Shown here one piece after another: positions 14,800 to 23,090 of a stretch of 23,972 nucleotides of DNA; position 1 is the stretch's first letter, and every line of letters starts with the position of its first letter. The translations under genes were made by a program, and so were the position numbers. The notes under the pieces were generated by a model. The model was not told where the DNA came from, did not search any database, and saw nothing but the letters and a program-made list of their open reading frames with translations. The stretch is from an archaeon (GTDB lineage: Archaea; Iainarchaeota; Iainarchaeia; Iainarchaeales; 1-14-0-10-31-34): positions 1-23,972 of the forward strand of contig JAJRVL010000008.1 in NCBI GenBank assembly GCA_024277355.1, in the 5' to 3' direction.

Positions 14800-15249
14800 T
14801 TATTTCACTTTTTTTAATAGATTTAATTTTCTTATAATTTCATCAAAATATTTTTCTCTTTTCAAAGAATAAAACTTTGTTCCGCCAATAATTTGTTTTT
14901 TCTGCAGAATTTTTTTAAGTTCAGAAGAAAGTTTATCTGACTTTAAAAATGTTTCAGGAGAAACAGGAACAACTATTAAATCAGATTTTGCCATTTTTTC
15001 TTTTAGTTCGGAAGAAACAAAAAATCCTGCATGGTCAACAGAAATTTCACTTGATAAATTTCTTTTTTTTAATTCACCAGTTAATTCTTGCACTATCGCC
15101 ATGCTAGTCAATCCAGCTCCGCAGACAAACAGAACTTTTTTTGATTTTTTGATTAACCTTAAATTTTGTTTTCTTAATTTTAATCCTTTTATTCTTTTTT
15201 TTCGTTTTGGGTCAGCAAGAATTTTCTTCTTTTTGGAGCAGGCATACAA
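14800..15249 (-). CDS. PTS EIIB-like (PTS_IIB fold) protein with polybasic N-terminal extension
   Basis: KKVLFVCGAGLTSMAIVQELTGELKKRNL...SDLIVVPV resembles the Cys-phosphorylation loop and layout of lactose/cellobiose or Gat-type EIIB domains. It is preceded by ~37 K/R-rich residues. The start is TTG 15249; no ATG is available upstream of the motif. Confidence 0.4.
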   Translation of the reverse strand: MYACSKKKKILADPKRKKRIKGLKLRKQNLRLIKKSKKVLFVCGAGLTSMAIVQELTGELKKRNLSSEISVDHAGFFVSSELKEKMAKSDLIVVPVSPETFLKSDKLSSELKKILQKKQIIGGTKFYSLKREKYFDEIIRKLNLLKKVK

Positions 15250-15332
15250 CGTATTTGTATTTCTTTATTAAAAAAACTAACGCAAAGTAAAAGCAATAAG
15301 CATTAAATATTTGTTTGTAGATAAAAAATAGC

Positions 15333-15668
15333 ATGGATAAAGATTTTTCTAAAAGAGAATTAGAAGAAAAAAAATTAATGGAAAAAGACCCTGAATTAAT
15401 GAATGTATTGTTAGCTAAAGAAAGAACAATTGAATCAAAATTAAGAACTACTTTATCTGTGATTAACACGTCTACTGCAATAGGCGTGTTTGGTTTTGCT
15501 TTAATTAAGTTTTTTGAAGGAAATGAATCAGCAACAAGTTTAGGCTGGGTTTTATTGTTTATTGCATTAATTATTGCTTTATATGGTGCAAAAAGATTTT
15601 TGCATTATCATTTTGAATCAAAGTCAATCAAAAACCACCGAGCTGATTTAGCTGAGTTAATTGAGTGA
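15333..15668 (+). CDS. DUF202/YidH-like small membrane protein
   Basis: LAKERTIESKLRTTLSVINTSTAIGVFGFALI matches the DUF202 pattern (LA-x-ERT-x-L-x-x-x-RT), and a second TM segment follows. The gene ends in TGA. Confidence 0.6.
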   Translation: MDKDFSKRELEEKKLMEKDPELMNVLLAKERTIESKLRTTLSVINTSTAIGVFGFALIKFFEGNESATSLGWVLLFIALIIALYGAKRFLHYHFESKSIKNHRADLAELIE

Positions 15669-15672
15669 TTTT

Positions 15673-15951
15673 ATGGAATTAAATGAATTTACAGCAAAAT
15701 CATGCATGAGTAAAACTGCATGCGAGTTTATTCCAAAAAAAAAGGAAACATTAAATTTAACTGAAACAGCACAAAAATTAAGGGAAAAAGAAGTAATGAT
15801 TGATATTGAAACTCCTTATCTGCTTATCATTAAATTTAAAGGAAAAAACATTTCTTTATTTAAAAGCGGAAAAATAATTATTAAAGAAACCCCGGAAGAA
15901 AAAGAAGGCAAAGAAATCGCAAAAGAATTAATGGAAAAATTAACTGATTAA
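15673..15951 (+). CDS. small hypothetical protein (92 aa); weak TBP-like-fold pattern
   Basis: The ATG at 15673 lies 4 nt after the DUF202 stop. The segment KGKNISLFKSGKIIIKETPEEKEGKEIAKEL resembles the x-LF-x-SGK-x-x-x-G motif of TBP-like domains. This is a weak match. Confidence 0.4.
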   Translation: MELNEFTAKSCMSKTACEFIPKKKETLNLTETAQKLREKEVMIDIETPYLLIIKFKGKNISLFKSGKIIIKETPEEKEGKEIAKELMEKLTD

Positions 15952-15974
15952 AGAAAAAAAAAGCATACAATAAA

Positions 15975-15982
15975 TTTAAATA
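15975..15982 (+). promoter_or_regulatory. candidate TATA box TTTAAATA for the DUF4013 gene
   Basis: The box is centred ~50 nt upstream of ATG 16029. A GAGGTG Shine-Dalgarno-like element at 16017-16022 sits 6 nt before the ATG. Together these fit a ~25-nt leader. Confidence 0.3.
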
Positions 15983-16028
15983 AGCTAATTACGTATTTAG
16001 ACTATCATTTATTTGTGAGGTGTAAAAA

Positions 16029-16673
16029 ATGGTTGATTATGGAGGGGCATTTAAGAAACCTTTTCAGGACATAACAAAATTAATTATTGGAATAGTTTTA
16101 ATGATAATTCCAATAGTAAATTTTATTTCAATGGGTTATTTCATTGAAGTAACAAAAAAAACTTTAAATAAAGATAATAATTTACCTGAATGGGCTAACT
16201 GGGGGCAATTATTTATTCAAGGTTTAGTTACAGCAGTAATTGGATTAATTTATTTTATTCCTGCATTAATTCTGCTTATGGTTGCAGCAGCACCGTTAAT
16301 TGGAGTAATTGTTTCATCAGCAACAACAGGAGCTGATCCAACAGCAGCATTAGGAGGAGCAATAGCAGGGGCAGGAGTATTATTTTTCCTTGCAGCATTG
16401 CTTGTATTAGTAACAATATTTGTTGTTCCAATGGCAATAGTATTTTATGCTAGAGGCGGATTTTCAGCAGCATTTAAAGTAGGAGAAATACTAAAAGCAT
16501 GTCTGACAGGAAACTATATTATTTCATGGATTATTGTAATGATTGTTTCATTAATTCTTGGATTAGTATTAGGAATAGTTCCTTTTGTTGGCGGAGCAAT
16601 AGCCGGCTTTTATATGGGGCTAGTTGAATACAGTTTATTTGCTCAAGTATTAAATGAACAAGCAGGGAAATAA
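16029..16673 (+). CDS. DUF4013-family polytopic membrane protein
   Basis: The N-terminal pattern is FKKPFQD...IIPIVNFISMGYFIEVTKKTLNKDNNLPEWANWGQLFIQGL, which resembles GY-x-x-x-v...lP-x-w-x-x-w...G. Several Ala/Gly-rich TM helices follow. Confidence 0.65.
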   Translation: MVDYGGAFKKPFQDITKLIIGIVLMIIPIVNFISMGYFIEVTKKTLNKDNNLPEWANWGQLFIQGLVTAVIGLIYFIPALILLMVAAAPLIGVIVSSATTGADPTAALGGAIAGAGVLFFLAALLVLVTIFVVPMAIVFYARGGFSAAFKVGEILKACLTGNYIISWIIVMIVSLILGLVLGIVPFVGGAIAGFYMGLVEYSLFAQVLNEQAGK

Positions 16674-16699
16674 TTTCCCTTTCCTTTCTTCTTTTTTTT
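16665..16699 (+). terminator. candidate terminator: perfect 6-bp hairpin spanning the stop codon followed by a T8 tract
   Basis: The hairpin is GGGAAA-TAA-TTTCCC (16665-16679). The sequence then becomes pyrimidine-rich and ends in TTTTTTTT (16692-16699). Oligo-T is the usual archaeal termination signal. Confidence 0.3.
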
Positions 16700-16740
16700 A
16701 AGAACAATAATTTAACTACTTTTAGCTTTAATTTTCTTTA

Positions 16741-17829
16741 ATGAAGTCATTTAATATAGGGAAAATTTCAGGAATAGACATAGAACTGCATTCCACTTTT
16801 GTTTTATTTATTGGATTTTTCGTTTTATTGCTTGCATTATTTGATCCAGCAAATTTAATTGGAAGTATTATTTTAATTATTTTTTTGTTTACTTCAGTTT
16901 TCTTTCATGAATTATCTCATTCAATGGTTTCAATTCAAAAAGGAATTAAAGTAAAAAAAATTATTCTGCTTCCAATTGGAGGGATGGCTTTAACAGAAAA
17001 AATGCCAGACAAACCAAAAGATGAATTTTTGATTGCAATTGCAGGCCCATTATTTAATTTTGCAGTAGTGTTTTTTCTTATTGTATTAATTGCTTTAACT
17101 GAAATTTCTTTCCCTACTTCAGAAATCATTTCAGAACAGGGAATTAATTCAGTTTTAATGAATTACCCTGTTTTTGCATTACTTTATGTTAATTTAATGC
17201 TAGGAGCATTTAATTTGTTTGTTCCTGCTTTGCCTTTAGACGGAGGAAGAGTCTGGAGGTCATTGCTTGCAATAAAATTCGGCAAAAGCAAGGCAACAAA
17301 ATTTATTTCAAAATTAAGTGAAATAATTGCAGTAATACTGTTTATTGCAGGATTATTTGGAGCAGGAATACTGCTTTCAGTTATTGCAGTGTTTATTTAT
17401 TTTGCATCAAAACAGGAAAACGAAATGCAGCAAATGAAATATGCATTAAAAGGAATTTCAATTAAAGGAATAATAAATAAAAAAATTCCTGCAACAAAAA
17501 CAGACTTATACATAAATGATTTGTTTGAGTTAATGCAAAAAGAAAACAAACAGGCTTTTTTGTTTAAAGGAAAAAGAATCAGTTATATTGATTTGAATTT
17601 AATGAAGAAATTTCAGAGAAAAAAATGGAATAAAATAAAAATTTCAAATATTGCAGTTGAAGCAGTTTCTGTTCCTTCTGCAGTTAAAGCAGAAAAAGCA
17701 ATGGAATGGTTTATGACAACAAACTATCAGTTTATTTTAGTTAAAGAAAAACAGAAAATTAAAGGAATAATTGAAAGAAAAGAAATGGAAAAACTGTTTG
17801 AATTAGCTAAAGCAGAAAAAAAGATTTAA
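16741..17829 (+). CDS. site-2 protease family (M50) intramembrane metalloprotease with C-terminal CBS-like domains
   Basis: The HExxH motif is FFHELSHS. The second zinc-ligand motif is NLFVPALPLDGGRV. There are multiple TM segments. The C-terminal ~130 aa show a CBS-pair-like pattern (ISIKGIINKKIP..., ISNIAVEAVSVPS...KIKGIIERKEM). Confidence 0.85.
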   Translation: MKSFNIGKISGIDIELHSTFVLFIGFFVLLLALFDPANLIGSIILIIFLFTSVFFHELSHSMVSIQKGIKVKKIILLPIGGMALTEKMPDKPKDEFLIAIAGPLFNFAVVFFLIVLIALTEISFPTSEIISEQGINSVLMNYPVFALLYVNLMLGAFNLFVPALPLDGGRVWRSLLAIKFGKSKATKFISKLSEIIAVILFIAGLFGAGILLSVIAVFIYFASKQENEMQQMKYALKGISIKGIINKKIPATKTDLYINDLFELMQKENKQAFLFKGKRISYIDLNLMKKFQRKKWNKIKISNIAVEAVSVPSAVKAEKAMEWFMTTNYQFILVKEKQKIKGIIERKEMEKLFELAKAEKKI

Positions 17830-17859
17830 ATTAACAAAATGCATTAAATTGTTGGTTAT

Positions 17860-19308
17860 ATGCAAAAAAAAATCAATGCAAAAAAATTTCTTATTTTAAT
17901 CCTGCTAATTGGATTAATGTTAAGATTTGCACCGGTTTATTTATTTGATACGCAGATTAGTTATGACGCCCCATATCATCAGAGAATAGCAGAAAAAGTT
18001 TTTGAAACAAAAAGCATTCCAAAAATTGATGAAAGTTTAGGTGGAAGAGCAAATATTTATCCTCCTTTATACAGCGTATTCCAGAATATAATTCATTATA
18101 CAACTGGATTTAATTTTTTCTTTTTGGGAATGATTTTACTGCCTTTTATTTCACTGTTGACTGTGCTAACTGTTTTTGTTTTTGTAAGAAAATATTCAGG
18201 AGAAAGAAAGGCTTTGATTGCTGCTTTTCTTACAGCAGTTTCTTCTTCTTTGATTGCTTATGCTTTTGACAGTCCTGAAAACTTTGTTTTCTTTTTCCTT
18301 CCAATAATAATTTTGTTTTTTAATGAAAAGAAAAGTAAATTAGGTGCATTAATTTATTCTGCCGGATTAATGTGGAATTATTTAATTATAATTGCTTCTT
18401 TTGTTCCTTTAATTTTTTATTTAAGGAAAAAAATAAAAGAATTAGTTTATGTTGTTTCAGGATTAATTTTAGTTGTAATTTATTATTTTGTTTTTCATGG
18501 AGAAAGCTTTTTTTACAGCCATGACATTAATTTAGCAATAGATTTTATTTCATTGAGTTTTAAGCCTGCTTTTTTTATTTCAGTTTTAATTACTTATGTT
18601 TTAATTATTCCTTTAATTTATTTTATTTACAAAAACGGAATAGAAAAAAAAGTTAATTACTGGAAATACTTTATTTTTGTAAGTTTAATTGCATTAACAA
18701 CAATTTTTCTGACTCCGTTTTTAAGAGTATGGGAGCAAATAAAATTTTTGTCTTTAAGTTCAATTATAGTGATTAGTTCAATTAAATTGTTTGACAAAAA
18801 AATGAAAATTTACACAGGAATTTATGCTTTGGTTTTGCTTTGTTCAGCAGTATTTATGTCTTTTCAGGGATTTTATCCCAGTACTCAAAAACAGGATTTT
18901 TATTCAATGGAATTTTTAGAGGAATTTACTGAAAAAGGTTCAATTCTTGCTGAACCAAGTTTTTCTGAACATATAAGGAATTCAACTGAATTAGATAAAA
19001 GAGTTTTAACTTCACTTTATTTTGAAAATGCAGGAAAAAATTCTTTTTTAAAAGAAAGTTTAACTTATTTGACTTTTCAGGAAATAGAAAATGAAAAAGA
19101 ATTCTTTGAAAAAACTAATCTGGAATTTATTGTATTTAATTTTGAAGATAAAGCAGTAAGAAACACTGAAAAGATTGCTTCACAAAATTATTTTGATAAA
19201 ATTTATTCAATTAAATACAGGAAAAATTGTTTAATTAAAAATTCAGTGAGTTTTGCCTGCGGATTAAATGAAACAGAAATATTAAAATATAATGAAAATA
19301 AACAATAA
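17860..19308 (+). CDS. polytopic membrane protein, GT-C fold glycosyltransferase-like (ArnT/PMT-type, GT39/GT83-like)
   Basis: The protein has about 10-12 TM segments. The first-loop acidic motif is YDAPYH, a downstream motif is NIYPPLY (the PPL motif typical of ArnT/PMT enzymes), and there is a soluble C-terminal domain. No WWDYG oligosaccharyltransferase motif was seen. Confidence 0.5.
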   Translation: MQKKINAKKFLILILLIGLMLRFAPVYLFDTQISYDAPYHQRIAEKVFETKSIPKIDESLGGRANIYPPLYSVFQNIIHYTTGFNFFFLGMILLPFISLLTVLTVFVFVRKYSGERKALIAAFLTAVSSSLIAYAFDSPENFVFFFLPIIILFFNEKKSKLGALIYSAGLMWNYLIIIASFVPLIFYLRKKIKELVYVVSGLILVVIYYFVFHGESFFYSHDINLAIDFISLSFKPAFFISVLITYVLIIPLIYFIYKNGIEKKVNYWKYFIFVSLIALTTIFLTPFLRVWEQIKFLSLSSIIVISSIKLFDKKMKIYTGIYALVLLCSAVFMSFQGFYPSTQKQDFYSMEFLEEFTEKGSILAEPSFSEHIRNSTELDKRVLTSLYFENAGKNSFLKESLTYLTFQEIENEKEFFEKTNLEFIVFNFEDKAVRNTEKIASQNYFDKIYSIKYRKNCLIKNSVSFACGLNETEILKYNENKQ

Positions 19309-19368
19309 TTATTGAAAGGTGATTAATTTAAAAACATTAGGCGAACCTAATATTTAAGAGTTGATTGA

Positions 19369-20619
19369 ATGAATTTAAGTTTAAACACAATTTTAGCTGC
19401 ATCAGGAATAATTATTTTGTTTTTAGTTTTATTTAATTCGTTTAACGACACTCTTCCAACAGAAAATAAGCTGAATATTTTTAGTTCAGATGAAGTTGAT
19501 GTAAAAGGAACAACAGATGAATCAATAACAGACAGAACAGAAATTAATCAGGAAATAAATAAGTCAGGAACAAAAGAAAGCACGCTTCCTTTGTTAACTG
19601 AAGTTTCCGCTCAATTAAGCATTAAAGAAACAGAAATAAAAACAACTTCTTCTGGAAAAAAATATATTGTTGATCCAAATGAAATTCAAGAAGGCTGTTC
19701 TGGAATGGACTGCATTCCTTCAATTGAAAACCCTGATTTTGAATCTGCAGAAAATGCTTCTAAATGGCTTGAAAAAGATGATTTTGTTCTTGCATTGAAT
19801 TTTTTTGGCGAAAAAAGAGCTTATCCTTTAATGATTTTAGATTTGCATGAAATAGTTAATGATAAAATAAAAGGACTTCCTGTTGTTGTAAGTTATTGTC
19901 CTTTATGCGGAACTGGATTAGCTTTTTACAGGGTTTTGAACGGAAAAGAAGTTGAATTTGGAGTTTCAGGAAAACTTCTTAATTCTGATTTAGTAATGTA
20001 TGACAGAAAAACAGAAACTTACTGGAGCCAGATTTCAGGAAAAGGAATTGTAGGAAAATTATCTGGATTTAAATTAAAGCAGATTCCAATTGAAACAGTT
20101 AAATGGGGAAACTGGAAAGAACAAAATCCTGATACAATAGTTTTATCTAGAAATCAGGGAATTTATCCTGAAAGCCAGTGTGGTTATTATCCTTACGGCA
20201 ATTATCAGTCAAGCGGAAGCATTTATTTTCCTGTTGCTGCAAAAGATGACAGATACCCTGAAAAAAAGATTACTTTTGGAATAGGAATAAATGAAGAATT
20301 TAAGGCTTATTTTGAAACTGATTTAAAGAAAATGCCTGTAATAAATGATGAATTAGGCGGAAAACAAATTTTAGTTGTGAGAAATCCTTTAACTGAAAGC
20401 ATAAAATTTTTTGACAGGGAAATAAACGGGAAAGTTTTTAAATTCAGTTTAACAGAAGAAAAACTTTTTGATTCTGAAGGAAATGAATGGAGTTTTGAAG
20501 GAACAGGCTTAACAGGAGAAATTAAAGGAAAAAATTTAGTTCAAATTAATTCTGTCAGAGGCTTTTGGTTTGCATGGTTTGCATTCCATCCAAGAACAAA
20601 TATATTTGAATTACCTTAA
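19369..20619 (+). CDS. membrane-anchored DUF3179-family protein
   Basis: There is an N-terminal TM anchor. Family-typical segments are DCIPSIENPDF, KRAYPLMILDLHEIVND, VVVSYCPLCGTGLAFYR, FGVSGKLLNSDLVMYDRKTETYWSQ and FWFAWFAFHP. Confidence 0.7.
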   Translation: MNLSLNTILAASGIIILFLVLFNSFNDTLPTENKLNIFSSDEVDVKGTTDESITDRTEINQEINKSGTKESTLPLLTEVSAQLSIKETEIKTTSSGKKYIVDPNEIQEGCSGMDCIPSIENPDFESAENASKWLEKDDFVLALNFFGEKRAYPLMILDLHEIVNDKIKGLPVVVSYCPLCGTGLAFYRVLNGKEVEFGVSGKLLNSDLVMYDRKTETYWSQISGKGIVGKLSGFKLKQIPIETVKWGNWKEQNPDTIVLSRNQGIYPESQCGYYPYGNYQSSGSIYFPVAAKDDRYPEKKITFGIGINEEFKAYFETDLKKMPVINDELGGKQILVVRNPLTESIKFFDREINGKVFKFSLTEEKLFDSEGNEWSFEGTGLTGEIKGKNLVQINSVRGFWFAWFAFHPRTNIFELP

Positions 20620-21420
20620 TTTTTTTATTTCATTAAAAGGACCTGAAATAAAAATATCCTCCATTAACTTTATTTGAATAAAAGAAAAATAAATTTTCAC
20701 TGATTCATCTTCATTTAGTTTTAAAGAAAAAACAAATTCAAGGAAATTTTTTAAGGATTCTTTTTTCATTGAAAAAGAAGGTTTTTTTGATTTAACAGAA
20801 AATTTTTCTGAAATTAATTCAAAAATACTTTCAGGACATTCAACAAAAAACTCATTTAAATTAAAAGAAGAAAAAAATAAAACAATTTTTTTAACTGAAT
20901 TTTTTTCTTTAGGCAGAGAAAAAGAATCATTGAAATTTAATTCTTTTAATGAAGTTAATTGTTTTGAAAGGATTTTAGATAAATAAGTTAAATGTTTTAT
21001 TTTTTCATTAGTTTTTGTATTTAATTTATCTAAATCAGAAATAAAAAAAGTAGAAGAGTTTTTTGCTGCTTTTAGTAAATCTGCATCATTTTTTGACCGT
21101 TCAATTACATTATGCAGTTGTTCTACAATTGAATCTAATTCATTTATTTTTTTGGATGAAGCCATAGTAGAATTTAATTTCATTAAAAGCTTGTTTTTCA
21201 TTTCAAAAGAAATAGTTGAATTTCCTTTGTCAGTAATAAAATAAAAGTTGTCTTTTTTTTTCAATAAGCCAAAAGAAACAGAATCCTTTAAAGTACGGGA
21301 AAGAGATGCTCGGGCTGAATTAACTGAACCAAAATCTGAAGCAATTTTTCCAAGCAATGAATTATATGTAATCCCAGGAGACTGCTTCACCATTAACAAA
21401 ATAGAATTTCTTGCAGTCAT
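20611..21420 (-). CDS. hypothetical protein, possible N-terminal winged helix + coiled-coil middle region
   Basis: ORF 20611..21468 trimmed to the ATG at 21420 (MTARNSILLMVKQSPGITYNSLLGKI...FGLLKKKDNFYFITDKG). The middle region is heptad-like (INELDSIVEQLHNVIERSK...). No family motif was recognised. Confidence 0.4.
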   Translation of the reverse strand: MTARNSILLMVKQSPGITYNSLLGKIASDFGSVNSARASLSRTLKDSVSFGLLKKKDNFYFITDKGNSTISFEMKNKLLMKLNSTMASSKKINELDSIVEQLHNVIERSKNDADLLKAAKNSSTFFISDLDKLNTKTNEKIKHLTYLSKILSKQLTSLKELNFNDSFSLPKEKNSVKKIVLFFSSFNLNEFFVECPESIFELISEKFSVKSKKPSFSMKKESLKNFLEFVFSLKLNEDESVKIYFSFIQIKLMEDIFISGPFNEIKKLR

Positions 21421-21497
21421 GTTAATAAGAAGGTTTTTGGGAAATAAAAAGGTTTCTGCTGAAAGCAATTTTAATAAAACTTTGAGAAAGATTTTGA

Positions 21498-22202
21498 TTA
21501 AACCATAACAAACTTTAAAGGAACTCCAAATTTAGATAATTTTTCTCTGTAAAAAGCTTTTTTCTTTTGAATTTCTTTTTTTGAAAGCTTTTTTAGAATA
21601 TGAATATTTACTCTTGCAATTTGGTCTGAAGAAACTTTTTCAATGAAAGCTTCATTAAATTCACTGAAAAAATTTTTATTTAATTTAGTTATTAAGTCAA
21701 TAGAAAAACTGTCTCCTTTAGTTATGCCTGATTTAGCTTTTTTTGCCCATATTAAATCAGACTGTCTTTTTAAAGAAATGCTTGAATTAGGTTTTACTTT
21801 TCCTTCAAAACTTTGTGAAAGAATTCTCATTAAATCAATAAAAGGAATTGCAGGATTAACTCTTCCTGAAACTGAATGAGAAAAAGGGTGAGGTTTTATT
21901 ATAAAATTTCCTTTTGGAAACTTAGTCAGCTTAAAATATATTTCTTTTCCGTCTGAAAGATTTAATTTAATTAAAGATTCTTTAACTGACTTGTCAGCCA
22001 ATTTAAGGGAAATCTGTTTTTTAAAATTTAATGCTGACTTTTTGTTTAACTTTAAACCATATTTTTTAAATTCCCTTGAAATTGATGCAGACTTAAGATT
22101 AAATAAATCAATAAAACTTCCTTTAAAATAAGTTAAAGGCTTAACTCCTTTTCTTGGAGACTTGAATTTTTTTATAAAAGATTTTCTTTTCTTGAAAGGC
22201 AT
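21498..22202 (-). CDS. hypothetical protein with polybasic N-terminus
   Basis: ORF 21498..22256 trimmed to the ATG at 22202 (MPFKKRKSFIKKFKSPRKGVKPL...). No family motif was recognised. Confidence 0.4.
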   Translation of the reverse strand: MPFKKRKSFIKKFKSPRKGVKPLTYFKGSFIDLFNLKSASISREFKKYGLKLNKKSALNFKKQISLKLADKSVKESLIKLNLSDGKEIYFKLTKFPKGNFIIKPHPFSHSVSGRVNPAIPFIDLMRILSQSFEGKVKPNSSISLKRQSDLIWAKKAKSGITKGDSFSIDLITKLNKNFFSEFNEAFIEKVSSDQIARVNIHILKKLSKKEIQKKKAFYREKLSKFGVPLKFVMV

Positions 22203-22302
22203 AAAATAATTAGCTTTTTTAACTATAAAAACCTGCTGATAAAACAAGCAAAACAAATAAAAACAAGGTTTTCCTTTATTATTAAAATAAAAAAGTGATT
22301 AA

Positions 22303-23082
22303 ATGATTAAGTCTTTAACTGAATCAGTTTTAATGCTGATAAAGAAACCGCAAATTTTAATTCCAGGAATAATTTTTCTTTTAACAGATTTTATTTTCAG
22401 GTATTTAACTGAAGAATCTGCAATAGAAACCATGTTTAAGTTTTTTGAGTTTTCATCTTATCCTGTTTTTACTTTAGATAAAATGCCTTTTTATTTTCTT
22501 TCAAGTTATTCAGGAGAAGCAATTTTTTTAACTTTAATTTTAGGAATAAGTTCCATTATAGGATTAATGTTTTCAGTTTCAATTGCAAATTATGTTTTTG
22601 AAAAAAAATCAATAATTAATTCAGTTGTCTTTGCTGTAAAAAACTTAATGAAAATAACTGGATTTGTATTATTTTTTGGATTAATTTTATTATTTTCTGC
22701 AGCAGTATTATGGATTGTAATGCTGTTTGCTTTGGCAGCAGGATTAATAGGAATAACATTGTTATTGCTTGTGATTTTGTTAATGGGTTTTGTGTTAATT
22801 CATTTTGCTTTTGTTCCAGCATTACTAGGAAAAGGAATGAAAATAAAAGAAGCATTTAAAGAAAGCTGGAATTTTTCATCAAAAAATTTAATGCAGTTAA
22901 TTCTGCTTTTAATTGGAATAACAATAATTAATTTTATTTTAGGACAGGTTTATTTACAAATATTAAACACTTCTTTTGGAGAAACAGACTTAATGATTTT
23001 AGTGGAAATGGTTTTTTCATTAATAATTTTAAGTTACACTAATATTGTTTTTCCTTTATTTTACCTTAATACAAACAAATAA
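22303..23082 (+). CDS. polytopic membrane protein (about 6 TM), uncharacterised
   Basis: There are long hydrophobic segments throughout, for example FVLFFGLILLFSAAVLWIVMLFALAAGLIGITLLLLVILLMGFVLIHFAFVP. The gene ends 8 nt before smc. Confidence 0.6.
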   Translation: MIKSLTESVLMLIKKPQILIPGIIFLLTDFIFRYLTEESAIETMFKFFEFSSYPVFTLDKMPFYFLSSYSGEAIFLTLILGISSIIGLMFSVSIANYVFEKKSIINSVVFAVKNLMKITGFVLFFGLILLFSAAVLWIVMLFALAAGLIGITLLLLVILLMGFVLIHFAFVPALLGKGMKIKEAFKESWNFSSKNLMQLILLLIGITIINFILGQVYLQILNTSFGETDLMILVEMVFSLIILSYTNIVFPLFYLNTNK

Positions 23083-23090
23083 GTGAAAAA

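Noticed and set aside
19337-19350. A small hairpin, TTAGG-CGAA-CCTAA, between the GT-C and DUF3179 genes as a terminator or regulatory RNA.
   Set aside because: The stem is only 5 bp with no following T-tract. It lies just downstream of an AAAGGTGA Shine-Dalgarno-like sequence. This is too weak to call.
20611-22202. The two hypothetical proteins upstream of smc as ScpA (kleisin) and ScpB.
   Set aside because: A PFIDLMRIL segment resembles the ScpA GPLDLLLxLI motif. However, it lies at residue ~135 rather than at the N-terminus, and the flanking sequence does not follow the ScpA pattern. The 270-aa protein shows only one possible wHTH, not the tandem pair of ScpB. The idea is kept only as a testable suggestion.
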